A stretch of DNA of 64,000 bases from Macrostomum lignano. Its lineage: Eukaryota. The stretch lies in assembly GCA_002269645.1 (NCBI GenBank), contig NIVC01002130.1:1-64000 (forward strand). Direction: 5' to 3'. Below, in pieces: positions 22,595-35,504 of the stretch; within the stretch, counting starts at the first letter, position 1; each line of letters starts with the position of its first letter. The translations under genes and the position numbers were made by a program. The notes beneath the pieces were generated by a model. The model was not told the DNA's origin. It was given only the letters and a program-made list of their open reading frames with translations, and ran no database searches.

Positions 22595-25242
22595 CAGTAG
22601 GAATACCAAGCCATTTTTCCGCCCGTCGAACTACCAAGAGGGGGGGAAAAATTTCCCCCCCCTGACAATTTTTTTTGCTGCGCCGGAACGGAGCAACGCA
22701 GGCACACAAAATTCAAGAACACGGGCTAACTTTTTGTTGCGCACCTTCTCAAACAAGAATCAAGTCGCCAACCCTCCGGACCGTCGAGATATTCGACGAT
22801 TCTGCCAGAAGGTCGGATTTTTCCCATAAGCGCTAGTGTATTCAGTATACCCCTGTGCGCCAAATAGCACTGCGCCTCAGTGCAGCCTTGCCAAGTCTCC
22901 AAATTTCATCAGCACGTCGACCAAATGTGTCTGCATCAGCTCTGACTTCGTTGGTTACTGGCCTTCACCAAGACGGAGCTTCTAGACCTTCAACAGGTGG
23001 CACCAGGTGACTATGAACACCTTGATACGAATTTCTCTAGTTTCGCCGATCAAGCCTCGACAGTAGGCAAGCCTCAACTGCCAGACACCCTCAGCTAGTC
23101 TCCTGAGCATTCATTCCTTCATCATCCCGACACCGTCGGCACCTTCAACAGGTGGCATCAGGTGACTATGGACGTCCTGTTGCAAATATGTCAGGTCTTT
23201 CTTATCAAGCTTCAATAATGGGCAAACCTCAACCGACGGACATTGTCAGCTAGTCTCTCAAGCATTCCGTCATCATCCCGACGCCGTCGGCTCCTTCAAC
23301 AGGTGGCATCAGGTGACTATGGACGTCCTGTTGCAAATATGTCAGGTCTTTCTTATCAAGCTTCAATAATGGGCAAACCTCAACCGACGGACATTGTCAG
23401 CTAGTCTCTCAAGCCTTCCGTCATCATCCCGACGCCGTCGACTCCTTCAACAGATTACACCAGGTGACTATGGACAGCCTGTTGCAAATATGTCAGGTTT
23501 TTCTTATCAAGCTTCAATAATGAGCAAATCTCAACTACTGGACATCCTCAGCTAGTCAGTCAAGCATTCAGCCATCATCCCGACGCCGTCGGCTCCTTCA
23601 ACAGATTACACCAGGTGACTATGGACAGCCTGATAAGAATTTCTCTAGTTTCGCCGATCAAGCCTCGATAGTGGGCAAAAATCAACTGCTGGACATCCTC
23701 AGCTAGTCAGTCAAGCATTCAGCCATCAACCGGACGCCGTCGGCTCCTTCAACAGATTACACCAGGTGACTATGGACATCCTGTTGCAAATATGTCAGGT
23801 TTTTCTTATCAAGCTTCAATAATGAGCAAACCTCAACTGCTGGACATCCTCAGCTAGTCAGTCAAGCATTCAGCCATCACCCCGACGCCGTCGGCACCTT
23901 CAACAGGTGGCACCAGGGGAGTAAGGACACGTGAGCGTGATTTTTCATCATGCTCTTAACATTTCTGAAGCTCTCAAAATTTTTAAAGCACGGACATTGC
24001 TATAGTTAAGCTTGAACTCATGTTGCTGTATATTTATATTATTATTACACATACTTTTATGCATACGAGCTACATACATATTTTATTCGAAAAGCTGTTT
24101 AGTTTATTCAACTATAATATTGAACCCAATTTTTATGCAGAAAGGGTTATGCTTTTAAGAAGCCAGTAAATTCAATCCGTTTTTTCATTTTTTAATGATT
24201 CAGAAATGTTAATAGCATGATGAAAAATCACGCTCAGGTGTCCTTACTCCCTGGTGCCACCTGTTGAAGGTGCCGACGGCGTCGGGATGATGGCTGAATG
24301 CTTGACTGACTAGCTGAGGATGTCCAGTAGTTGAGGTTTGCTCATTATTGAAGCTTGATAAGAAAAACCTGACATATTTGCAACAGGCTGTCCATAGTCA
24401 CCTGGTGTAATCTGTTGAAGGAGTCGACGGCGTCGGGATGATGACGGAAGGCTTGAGAGACTAGCTGACAATGTCCGTCGGTTGAGGTTTGCCCATTATT
24501 GAAGCTTGATAAGAAAGACCTGACATATTTGCAACAGGACGTCCATAGTCACCTGATGCCACCTGTTGAAGGAGCCGACGGCGTCGGGATGATGACGGAA
24601 TGCTTGAGAGACTAGCTGACAATGTCCGTCGGTTGAGGTTTGCCCATTATTGAAGCTTGATAAGAAAGACCTGACATATTTGCAACAGGACGTCCATAGT
24701 CACCTGATGCCACCTGTTGAAGGTGCCGACGGTGTCGGGATGATGAAGGAATGAATGCTCAGGAGACTAGCTGAGGGTGTCTGGCAGTTGAGGCTTGCCT
24801 ACTGTCGAGGCTTGATCGGCGAAACTAGAGAAATTCGTATCAAGGTGTTCATAGTCACCTGGTGCCACCTGTTGAAGGTCTAGAAGCTCCGTCTTGGTGA
24901 AGGCCAGTAACCAACGAAGTCAGAGCTGATGCAGACACATTTGGTCGACGTGCTGATGAAATTTGGAGACTTGGCAAGGCTGCACTGAGGCGCAGTGCTA
25001 TTTGGCGCACAGGGGTATACTGAATACACTAGCGCTTATGGGAAAAATCCGACCTTCTGGCAGAATCGTCGAATATCTCGACGGTCCGGAGGGTTGGCGA
25101 CTTGATTCTTGTTTGAGAAGGTGCGCAACAAAAAGTTAGCCCGTGTTCTTGAATTTTGTGTGCCTGCGTTGCTCCGTTCCGGCGCAGCAAAAAAAATTGT
25201 CAGGGGGGGGAAATTTTTCCCCCCCTCTTGGTAGTTCTACTG
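22595..25242. mobile_element. non-autonomous foldback element, ~1.0-1.4-kb TIRs with internal 151-bp tandem repeats, TTAA-flanked
   Basis: Left arm to 23969, right arm from 24199, 229-bp AT-rich spacer. TTAA at 22591-22594 and 25243-25246. Six versus four 151-bp units. No ORF. Confidence 0.9.
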
Positions 25243-25414
25243 TTAATATATTGCCGGATCTAAGACTGCCGCCCACTTCTTGGCCATAGACATACATGTA
25301 GACTGACCAACAGTCGGCAAAAATCATTTCACACGCACGATATACCTAAGGTATATCTTGGCCATAGACATAAGAGCGCTAAACACATATACTGTGGTCA
25401 TAGATATAAAAGGG

Positions 25415-25578
25415 AACAATAAGCATCTGTATGCCCTTTTCCGGCAGCAATTGCAAAAACTGAAGCCGCGTAGCATACACCAAAGATCATATATACATAT
25501 AAGATAAATATAGACCTATGGCATACACATGACATACACATGGCATACACAAAAGGGCATACACATGCTTATATTGTT
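25415..25578. mobile_element. ~164-bp MITE/hairpin
   Basis: aacaataagcatctgtatgccctttt ... aaaagggcatacacatgcttatattgtt near-perfect inverted repeat. Confidence 0.65.
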
Positions 25579-26228
25579 GCAAGCATTCTGCCGCATCCTT
25601 GCCTGCAAGTCCTTAATTCATTATTAGAGGTCAACCCCCGCAGCTTGAAGTGGCTTCAGCCTCTTCCAACTTTCTAAATCTCCCTCTGGGAGATGCTCAA
25701 GTCCCTCCCTAGACGAGGCTTTCTAAAACTCTCTCCTGACAAGCGGAAATTATTTGAATGCAAATTTTTTCACTTTGCGTTTGCGAAAGTTGTATCATTT
25801 TTTCAGTGTCCAGAGCTTTTGGTAGGCTAAAATTGGTCTCCTGTTCTGCTTTTGGACATTGTTTAACTTTATAAATGCTAACTCATTAATTAATTAGGAC
25901 AGGGCTCGTCGTTACGAGCGCATATTCATAAATCAGTTTGATTTCCCAACAATCTCTTCACCGACTGACCAATCGCTTGCAGCTGATTCTATAAGAGTAG
26001 AATAATCAGGAAAATGACGGGAGCTCATTGGACACGCTGAGCGGTGAGCAGCGGGCGGCCTTCATATACCCGGGCCTGAGCGGCGCAGATTTCAGGGTGA
26101 AACTCCTAAAAGCACTGCTTAGACTTGTGTGTCATAAGGCAACCGACTTGATTGAAGTTTTCTTTGGTAAGTTCTTCATTTCGTATTTAGGTATACGAGT
26201 CAAGTGGTTATTTACTAATGCCACTGAT

Positions 26229-27548
26229 TATTCACTGGCGTCACTGATCACTCAGTAGCGTCACTGATCACTCAGTAGCGTCACTGATCACTCAGTAGCG
26301 TCACTGATCACTCAGTAGCGTCACTGATCACTCAGTAGCGTCACTGATCACTCAGTAGCGTCACTGATCACTCAGTAGCGTCACTGATCACTCAGTAGCG
26401 TCACTGATCACTCAGTAGTGTCACTGATCACTCAGTAGTGTCACTGATCACTCAGTAGCGTCACTGATCACTCAGTAGCGTCACTGATCACTCAGTAGCG
26501 TCACTGATCACTCAGTAGCGTCACTGATCACTCAGTAGTGTCACTGATCACTCAGTAGCGTCACTGATCACTCAGTAGTGTCACTGATCACTCAGTAGCG
26601 TCACTGATCACTCAGTAGCGTCACTGATCACTTCAGTAGCGTCACTGATCACTCAGTAGCGTCACTGATCACTCAGTAGCGTCACTGATCACTTCAGTAG
26701 CGTCACTGATCACTCAGTAGCGTCACTGATCACTTCAGTAGCGTCACTGATCACTCAGTAGCGTCACTGATCACTCAGTAGCGTCACTGATCACTTCAGT
26801 AGCGTCACTGATCACTCAGTAGCGTCACTGATCACTCAGTAGCGTCACTGATCACTTCAGTAGCGTCACTGATCACTCAGTAGCGTCACTGATCACTCAG
26901 TAGCGTCACTGATCACTCAGTAGCGTCACTGATCACTCAGTAGCGTCACTGATCACTCAGTAGCGTCACTGATCACTTCAGTAGCGTCACTGATCACTCA
27001 GTAGCGTCACTGATCACTCAGTAGCGTCACTGATCACTTCAGTAGCGTCACTGATCACTCAGTAGCGTCACTGATCACTCAGTAGCGTCACTGATCACTT
27101 CAGTAGCGTCACTGATCACTCAGTAGCGTCACTGATCACTTCAGTAGCGTCACTGATCACTCAGTAGCGTCACTGATCACTCAGTAGCGTCACTGATCAC
27201 TCCAGTAGCGTCACTGATCACTCAGTAGTGTCACTGATCACTCAGTAGTGTCACTGATCACTCAGTAGTGTCACTGATCACTCAGTAGTGTCACTGATCA
27301 CTCAGTAGCGTCACTGATCACTCAGTAGCGTCACTGATCACTCAGTAGCGTCACTGATCACTCAGTAGCGTCACTGATCACTCAGTAGTGTCACTGATCA
27401 CTCAGTAGCGTCACTGATCTCTCAGTAGCGTCACTGATCACTCAGTAGCGTCACTGATCACTCAGTAGCGTCACTGATCACTCAGTAGCGTCACTGATCA
27501 CTCAGTAGCGTCACTGATCACTCAGTAGCGTCACTGATCACTCAGTAG
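26229..27548. repeat. 20-bp satellite (TCACTGATCACTCAGTAGCG)n, about 65 copies, with a 61-bp higher-order core
   Basis: Direct. 21-bp variants are spaced mostly 61 bp apart between 26631 and 27139. Confidence 0.97.
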
Positions 27549-30164
27549 TCTCTTGTGTCCTTGTTTAACATCAACAGATGGTAACATCAGTTAGCTTCAT
27601 TAAACTGTAAGTATGGAATGTCATGAATTTCACCTACGTGATGTACTTTTATCTACCTACGTGGATTTGCGCCGTAAATCTGTCACCGGAGTCTATTTTG
27701 ATCCTCGCTACTAATAAATCCCTGAACGCATTTGAAGCTGTCGCTGGCACACGCAGAATTTGACTTAACTGGCATAAATGATTCACTAATTGCTGCAAAA
27801 CTCTCTCCACCGCGCCTCGCTTAGCACCTGTTGGACCATTATTGATAATAAATCTTTTATCGAGAAAAAACATTCCACAGATTTGCGGCTCAACTTTGAA
27901 ATAATGAGGCGGCAGTGGAAATATTTCCATGACTACTGTTTTGCTTATATTCAGGACCTTACATGTATATAGTTGAACCAGATGGTGAAAGGAAGACTTG
28001 GTGGTAGAGCGGTTTATTCACCCGTGTTTGCTCATAAATAGCCCCTTCCCCTTCAGGCTTCTTGAGGTCACTCAGAGGACTTTGGAGCTTTTTTATGAGT
28101 CCGAGAGCAAAACCTTATTGGCGCCCACCTGGAGATCTGGAGTTCAACTTCACTTCACTGTTCAAACAAATCTCGAGTTCTTGTGCTGAATTTGAGAATT
28201 CCAAGGACCTTTTTTAATACTCGTGTCTGGACTGGAAACCAACCCGAAATCTCAAAATTATTCAAAATCCATAATTAAAACACAAACTGATTGGGGCATT
28301 TTTCCATCTGACCCATCTGACACGAATCGCTATAGATCGACAAGATAAAAACCAGCGTGGAACTTTAAAAAAATTCAGTTTCAATCTAAAAAGTGTCAAA
28401 CTTTTAGAAAATGAGATGCAAATCCAGTTAAAACTTTTTATTAGATCAGCTGGTTCCAATTTCAGAGAAAATTCTCGTCCTTTTCCAAGAATTCAAAAAG
28501 TTAGAAGCTTATTAAAAATTGTTTAACACTTTTTGAGAACTAAATTTCATTTAAATTGCAAACATTTTTTCTGTGTCCGAGAAAGAGCTTCGATTTTTCC
28601 TAGAAATCATCAAACTAAATATTTTCTAGGAAATTGGCTTCAAGTTTCCTGGAAAATTTCTTCACGCTTCTAAAAAATGAATAAGGAATCTAAAGAATGG
28701 TCTCAAAGTTTTCTAGAAGTGGCTCTGTCATGAGAAATCATTTTTGCGCTTGTTAACAATCAAGTTCACATTTCTAAGAAATTACTGCACGGTGTTTCTA
28801 AGAAATCGATCCCGTCTTTGGCACATTTGGCAGCATTTTTTATTAAAATGAAACCAATTAGTGATAGTTGCAGAAAGTGCAAGCCATCTCATCGTCTCAT
28901 CAGGAAAAAGTTCCTTAATTGAGAAAATGCGGGACACAGAAATTCAGTTAGCAAAAAAATGCTGAATCATCGGCGAACCCCCCCCCACCCGAGAATTAAG
29001 CCTCGAACAGCGGAAATCGACGCCTTTTTCAGGCGACCGAATGAAGATGATTTCCATGTAGCAGAGCCTGCAGAAGGAAATTCTCTTTTTTTTGGGGGGG
29101 GGGGGTATCCGGATCTCCAGCTCTGGTTGTCTACAAAAAAGGATGCGAGCTTCATCCGCCCACATCTGGCTGCTTTGTCCTGTCAAACGCCGAGCCAAAT
29201 GCTGGGCAAACTTCCTTGCACCCCCCCATCAGATGGGACGCAGGCGGAATAACTGGAGAACGTGGGAGGCATATCGGATGCTCTTGCCACAAATTCCATG
29301 TTGCAGATGAGAGGGAGACTGTGAGAGGAAGAGACGAGAGGCAGACTGTGGATGGCGAGAGAGTAGACAAAAGACAGCGCGACACTGGACTGACAGAATG
29401 AGTCTGGGTTAAATGTACTTTCAGAGTGAACTGGCCGCACCGACGAGTAGGAGCAGCAAAGCGGGTAGGCGGGCAAAAGTTTGCTCAGAAAACATTTGCC
29501 AACTGCTGCATGGGGCGACAAACAACGCCGATCAGCTCAGTCTAAAGAGAATGAGTCAATCATTAAAACAGAAAATGGGGCGCGAACTCTGAGCACGGTT
29601 ACTACAAAAGTACTATATTAGACACAGGCGAATGTCTAAATAAAGCTGACCCAACCGTCTGCATTCAGTCAACTCCGAGAGGGCTCAACAAGACTTCCCT
29701 CCGTCCTCTGGGCTTCCGTTACTAACTGTTGGGAGCCTGAATCTGAGCACAGAAAAGGAAGCCCTCCTCATCTCGCCTCGGCTGGCCTTTGGATCACCTC
29801 ATTCCTCCTACTCCTGCTATTCAGCTCACTGTGAGTACGGACAGAAGGCCGCGGTTTATCCGGACTTCTCTGTCAATTTTATAATGAAATTAACCCGGAA
29901 AACCCGGGAAACTGCTATAGCTGAGCTGCTGGCCAACAGACGACCAAGCTTGACGGAAGACACTCGCAGCTTAGCTGAGCTTTGGACTATACTAGGATTT
30001 CGGGTGGAAGCCAAGAGCCCATTGTGATGCGTATTTCTGGCGCAGTTTCAATTGGGTTAGAGTCACGGATTGGCACGTACAGGCTTAGAGGTTCCATCAA
30101 ATCCTTGACGCGTCAAAGACCTAATGAAATACTGTTGGCAGGAGGGCTTCGGGCACCGAACATC

Positions 30165-30425
30165 ATCGTTCCACAACCAGCGCTGACGGCAATTCTGGCC
30201 ATTCCGCTGACTCCTGAGCACATGCAAGCGCGCCAATACTGTACGCAGGCACGCACTCATACACACGCTCACACAGGGTGTACAGCAGCCCTGAATTTCT
30301 AATCGTCAGGCATGAGCACTCTCTGTGCCTGAGGGTTGTCACTGGTGGTGGTGATTCGCACGTCAAGACCCAGCTAGGAATCGAACCAGGATCGTCTACA
30401 GCTGAGCTGCTGTGCCCGTCTATGA
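30165..30425 (-). mobile_element. tRNA-derived SINE family, copy 2 (head plus core)
   Basis: B box GGTTCGATTCC at 30387-30377 on the minus strand. Core shared with the 14315 and 31112 copies. Confidence 0.78.
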
Positions 30426-30514
30426 CTTCAAGTTTAACCGAAATCAACATTTCAGTTACAATCGTTGAGAATCGCTAGATAAGCTACTCTATCAAGGACA
30501 AACGCAACCGGACC

Positions 30515-31026
30515 ATGACAGTCTCCGCGCACGACTTCAGCAACAGCTCGATGCGGGCGCGCTACGCCACAATGGTGGAAGTGTTCGAGCGATTCGATCC
30601 TGCCATCGTCATCATCGACCGCAGCATCACCCCGCTTTGGTACTTTCTCGGCCTGTTTGGCAATCTGCTGAGCGCCTGCATCTGGATGAAGCCCAAGGTG
30701 CGCCGGAACAACTCGTCCGCCGTTTACCTGGCCGCCCTGTCAGTCTGGGATCTGCTCTTCCTGGCCATGCACCCGTTTCAGGAGGTGCGCGAGGCTTGGG
30801 GCCACTACGATGAGAACATGCTGAACTGCACCCTGATCCCCGTGCTGCTGCTCACCGCCCAGTACCTGTCACCGGCTCTGGTGCTCTGCTTCACGGTGGA
30901 ACGCTGGATCGCCATCTGCTTTCCGTTCCGTCGGGAGTCGCTGTGCACACCTCGACGAGCTTGCCTAGTTACCTTCGCTATGATCGCCGCAATCGGGCTG
31001 TGGAGCCTCATCTCCCTGGCCTTCAG
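30515..31026 (+). CDS. rhodopsin-family (class A) neuropeptide-type GPCR, exon 1 (TM1-TM4)
   Basis: GN in TM1, YLAALSVWD in TM2, ERWIAICFP after TM3. Donor AG|GTAAAA in phase 2. Confidence 0.93.
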
Positions 31027-31111
31027 GTAAAACTTATTTACGTCTTATACAGTTATGGAAGGTTGCTGGACCACAGTAAGAAGAATTTCAGGAGTTTTGT
31101 AGGTTTCTTCA

Positions 31112-31375
31112 GAGACATCGTCCAGCAACCAGCACTCAGACAATTCTGCCCATTCCACTGACCCCTGAGCACATATGTACGGCTCGTATGAGGCACGCAC
31201 TCATACACACGTCAGGCATGTACACTCCCTGCGCCTTGGGGGCTGGCCGTCATGGCTGTGAATCGCACGACAACCCCCCTTGGCCAATTCTCGTGCACAC
31301 ACAAGCCCCAAACGAATGCGTTTGCGCACGGAATCAAACCAGGGGTCGCGGCGCAAGAGTCAGACGCGTCTAGAT
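31112..31375 (-). mobile_element. tRNA-derived SINE family, copy 3, in the GPCR intron
   Basis: B-box-like GGTTTGATTCC at 31340-31330. Shared core with an internal deletion. Confidence 0.72.
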
Positions 31376-31548
31376 AATTTTTGGTGAGCTGCTCTGCACT
31401 CTTTGCTGGACCATGGAAGAATCGGCACCATTGGCAACGTAGGCATCGACAGATGATTTGATTGCATGGATTTGCTATTCATGCGTTCCCAATGTCAGTA
31501 ACTGAGTCACCTGCCTTTATGACTAGCAAAATTGTCACCAAATTCCAG

Positions 31549-32410
31549 GTATTACAACACGGCAACCAATACCTGCGTATTTAACACGGAGAACAATCCT
31601 ATCTGGACGGTGTACTCTATCATCACGGAGACTCTGTTCAGCGGCCTGGTCCCGATCACCGCTCTGGCTTTCAACCTGCTAGTTGTACGCGAGCTCCGCC
31701 GCATCATGGACAGCAGCAAGCGATTCACACCTGCCGTCGTCGCCAGCGGTGGCGGCGGCGGCGGCGGTGGCAGCAGCGACAGCGCCGACTTGCTGGCTGA
31801 CAGTGTCGAGAGGCGCTTCCGCTCGACCACGGTGATGCTGGTCTGCGTGTCCTTCTTTGTCATCCTGACCTCCCTGCCAGCCGGCATGGTCTACGCGCTG
31901 CAGAACACCAACGACTTTGGCAACGACACCCTTCCTGACGAGCTGGTCCTGACTGACCCGAAGTGGCGCAGCTACTTCCTGAGCGTGCGCATCAAGAAAG
32001 TCATCGACGAAGTGTCAATCTCGCACTATTCGCTGAACTTTCTAATCTACTTGCTGACCGGGCCGCAGTACCGAGCCCACGCCAGGGACATTGTGTGCCG
32101 CCTGCTCCAGACGGCCCTCCTAGTTTGCTGCTGCGGTTGTCTCCGCCGGGCCAAGCAGCGTAGGGAGAAGCTGCGGGAGCGGGAGGTGTACTACCTGACC
32201 AACACGAGCACAGACAGGGCTAGGAGACTCGCTCGCCAGGGCCGAAACTGCCAGGAGCCGGCGCCTATGGCGCAGCATCAGCAGCAGCAGCAGCAGCCGT
32301 CCACCGAGCCTTCGCCGCCTAAAGCACCTGTTGCAGCTTTGCAGACGGGCGACGGTAGCGGGGAGACTTCGGAAACTGGCCAGACGCCACTGCTGCACCA
32401 AACAGATTGA
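31549..32410 (+). CDS. rhodopsin-family GPCR, exon 2 (ECL2, TM5-TM7, C-tail); full protein about 457 aa, FMRFamide/sex-peptide/myosuppressin-receptor-like
   Basis: Acceptor ttccag|G completes Arg in phase 2. TM5 LVP, TM6 FVILTSLP, TM7 HYSLNFLIY, CCCGC cluster in the tail. Confidence 0.92.
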
Positions 32411-33267
32411 CGCGATGTCCGGATTCGATGCTGGGGACACCGTCGAAAGAATATTATTTTTGTTTTGAATATCCAACATTATTTGTTCGAAATTATCTTA
32501 TGGAATCTATGTCAGTTAACGTTTGATATTTTAACCATATTTTGTTTGCACTGAATTTTCAACGACTCTGATGATTCAATGGCGAGATCCATCTTCATCA
32601 GTTTATCAATCAGAATCCAAGAAAAAGTGCTCAAAACTGGAGCAGAATAACCGTTATTCCCATCTCTTGAATGGATATTTTTATTTCTAGATTGTCTGCG
32701 GTAAAACCTGATGACCAGCGTAGCGTGTTTTAATGAGAATGACATGATTTTTTTAGTTTTAATTATAGTCTATCATATTACTTGAAAATTGCAATAAATT
32801 TTTGTTATTAACGATGTGTATTGTGTGCATCTCATTTACTCAAGAGATTAATTTATTGCCCTAATTGCTGTAGTATTAACGAGGCTCTTCACTCAGCTCA
32901 TGTTGAAGTTTCCAGCCCAGTAATCAGTGAGCAACAACCACACAAAGGCTGTCATGGTATCAGATCTCTAGTTTCGTCGTGAAAACTCTAACATGTTGCT
33001 AAGTGTAAATTACCCACTTCTACATTATCGATTTCCATGCTTAAAATTATTTATTGTACGTTGTAGCTCGTAAAAACACTGGCTATCATTTTATTTTGGC
33101 TTCTCAAGCTTTTTTTGGCTTTTTTGCTTGCGTTTCAAGCTTTTCTGTAGCTTATTTTGTCTTTAACTGCACTGCGGTGTTGTAACCAGCCATTCTTTAC
33201 TGAAATTCAATATTTTATCATCTCTACTCATCCTCAGTCTCTATATTACTTATCGTTAGGCATCGGC

Positions 33268-33595
33268 CCTAGTTCTACTCAGCTCTACTCAGCTCTACTC
33301 AGCTCTACTCATCTCTACTCAGCTCTATTCATCTCTACTTATCTCTACTCATCTCTACTCATCTCACTCATCTCTACTCATCTCTACTCAGCTCTACTCA
33401 TCTCTACTCAGCTCTACTCATCTCTACTCAGCTCTACTCATCTCTACTTATCTCTACTCAGCTCTACTCATCTCTACTTATCTCTACTCAGCTCTACTCA
33501 TCTCTACTCATCTCTACTTATCTCTGCTCATCTCTAATCAGGTCTAGTCATCTCTACTCATCTCTACTCATAACTACCCCAGCTCTACTCAGCTG
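33268..33595. repeat. 10-bp minisatellite (TCTCTACTCA/GCTCTACTCA)n
   Basis: Direct. Confidence 0.95.
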
Positions 33596-34139
33596 TACTT
33601 ATTACCAGAACCCTATTCATATCACTAAACGCACTAATTGTCTTGCTACTTTTCATTCCATTTCGCTAACTAAATTTCTGGCACAATATAAAATTCAAAA
33701 TCAAAATAAATCCGACAAGTGACTGTTCAAACTATTTGTGTGATCAAAGTCCCCGCCTCTTGACTCTCGTATGTGTAACTCAGATTAAGTAGACTGTAGT
33801 ATTGGCCGAAGTTCGATGCAAGATACAGTTACGAGATGCGTTCGGAAAAATTAACTATCTTTGAAGAAAATAGCCAAGTCAGTCTTTATTACTGTGCTCA
33901 GGAAAGCGTGAGCACGCAGCTGGAGACTCGTGACTAGCCATACCCTGTGCAAAATCTGACAACTATGCGCCTGAATGTCTGTAGAATACAAGACTGCGAT
34001 AAATTGGAAATATAGATCCTTATCTGTCTCCATATTTCATATTTTTAACGAATCTGGCCCTGACGAAGAGCTCATAGAAATCCTTGTTGAATCCGAAGAA
34101 CAGTTGCCTAAATTATCTGTCTATCACATCTCGTCTGCT

Positions 34140-34775
34140 TAACTATCGTACAAGGACTACTAAATTAAGTAGACGCAATTCACTGTTGAGATCGTACATG
34201 GACTACTAAATAATTTAGACGCGATTCACTGTTGAGATCGTACAAGGACTACTAAATTAAGTAGACGCGATTCACTGCGATAAGATCGTACAAGGACTAC
34301 TAAATTAAGTAGACGCGATTCACTGCGATAAGATCGTACAAGGACTACTAAATTAGGTAGACGCGATTCACTGTTGAGATCGTACAAGGACTACTAAATT
34401 AGGTAGACGCGATTCACTGTTGAGATCGAACAAGGACTACTAAATAATTTAGACGCGATTCGCTAATTAGATCGTACAAGGACTACTAAATTAAGTAGAC
34501 GCGATTCACTGATCACATCGTACAAGGACTACTAATATTAGTGGCCGCGATTCACTCATGAGATCGTTAAAGGGCTACTATCAATAAAATAAATGGACGC
34601 GATTCAATGATGGCATCGTTAAAGGACTTCTAAATTAAGTGGACGCGATTCATTGCGATGAGATCGAACAAGGACTACTAATATTAGTGGACGCGATTCA
34701 CTGCGATGAGATCGAACAAGGACTACTAATATTAGTGAACGCGATTCACCGAGGGTTCTCCAAGGACTACTAAAA
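34140..34775. repeat. 46-48-bp minisatellite (AGATCGTACAAGGACTACTAAATTAAGTAGACGCGATTCACTGTTG)n
   Basis: Direct, diverging to the right. Confidence 0.93.
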
Positions 34776-35504
34776 TGAGCTACTGAAGACTAGAGTCGCA
34801 TATTTCCAGCATTCGATGGCATAGCAGCCATGCCAAAGTGCTAAATCCAATCCAGCGAAGAACAAGTGAGAACCGCATGATGCGTGCATCTGACAGGCAC
34901 GCATGCGCTCAAGAGACTCAACGCCTATTCTCTGTAAACAGAATCATCAGCCGGCGGAGTTGAACAGCTGCAGTTAAACAAGAATAGGGAGCAAAAGAAA
35001 AAGAATGGAAAGTGATCCATAATTTGAGGATCGGGAAGGGCCAGCCCCTCGGCCTCCTAAATGAAGCGAACGAGCTCTCCTTGACATCAGCTACCCGCCC
35101 TTCTGTTTCAGTTTTAGCCTTCAATTAGTGCTGCCTCGCCTCGCCGTCACAGACTGAAGTTTCTTCCCATCCATTTAATTTCTATTCCTATTCTAAAGGG
35201 ATGGGAAATGAGAAATGAGTATAGCTCATTTTCTTCTAGCAGTTGTCCGTGATTACAGATGCAGCCGCAGTTTGCTGTCCTGTAATTTCTGGTTGCCTCG
35301 TATTGCCTGATAAAAGTCAGGGGCGGGGGATGTGGGCCACCTGCGATCTGGGGAGGAGAGGGGGGTCAGAGCAGCCCACGGCAGTTCGTGAGAAACTCGC
35401 TGAGGGTTGCTCAGTACGTTGTCAAGGCATTTTCAGTGAGCTTACGAGCTAATCATTAGGCTTCAGTCTAGCTCGGGTTCTCGTCGGATATCAGCTTTCT
35501 GAAG

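Noticed and set aside
26028-26166. Plus-strand exon candidate ending G|GTAAGT
   Set aside because: Good donor but no partner exon or recognisable product. It may be GPCR 5' UTR.
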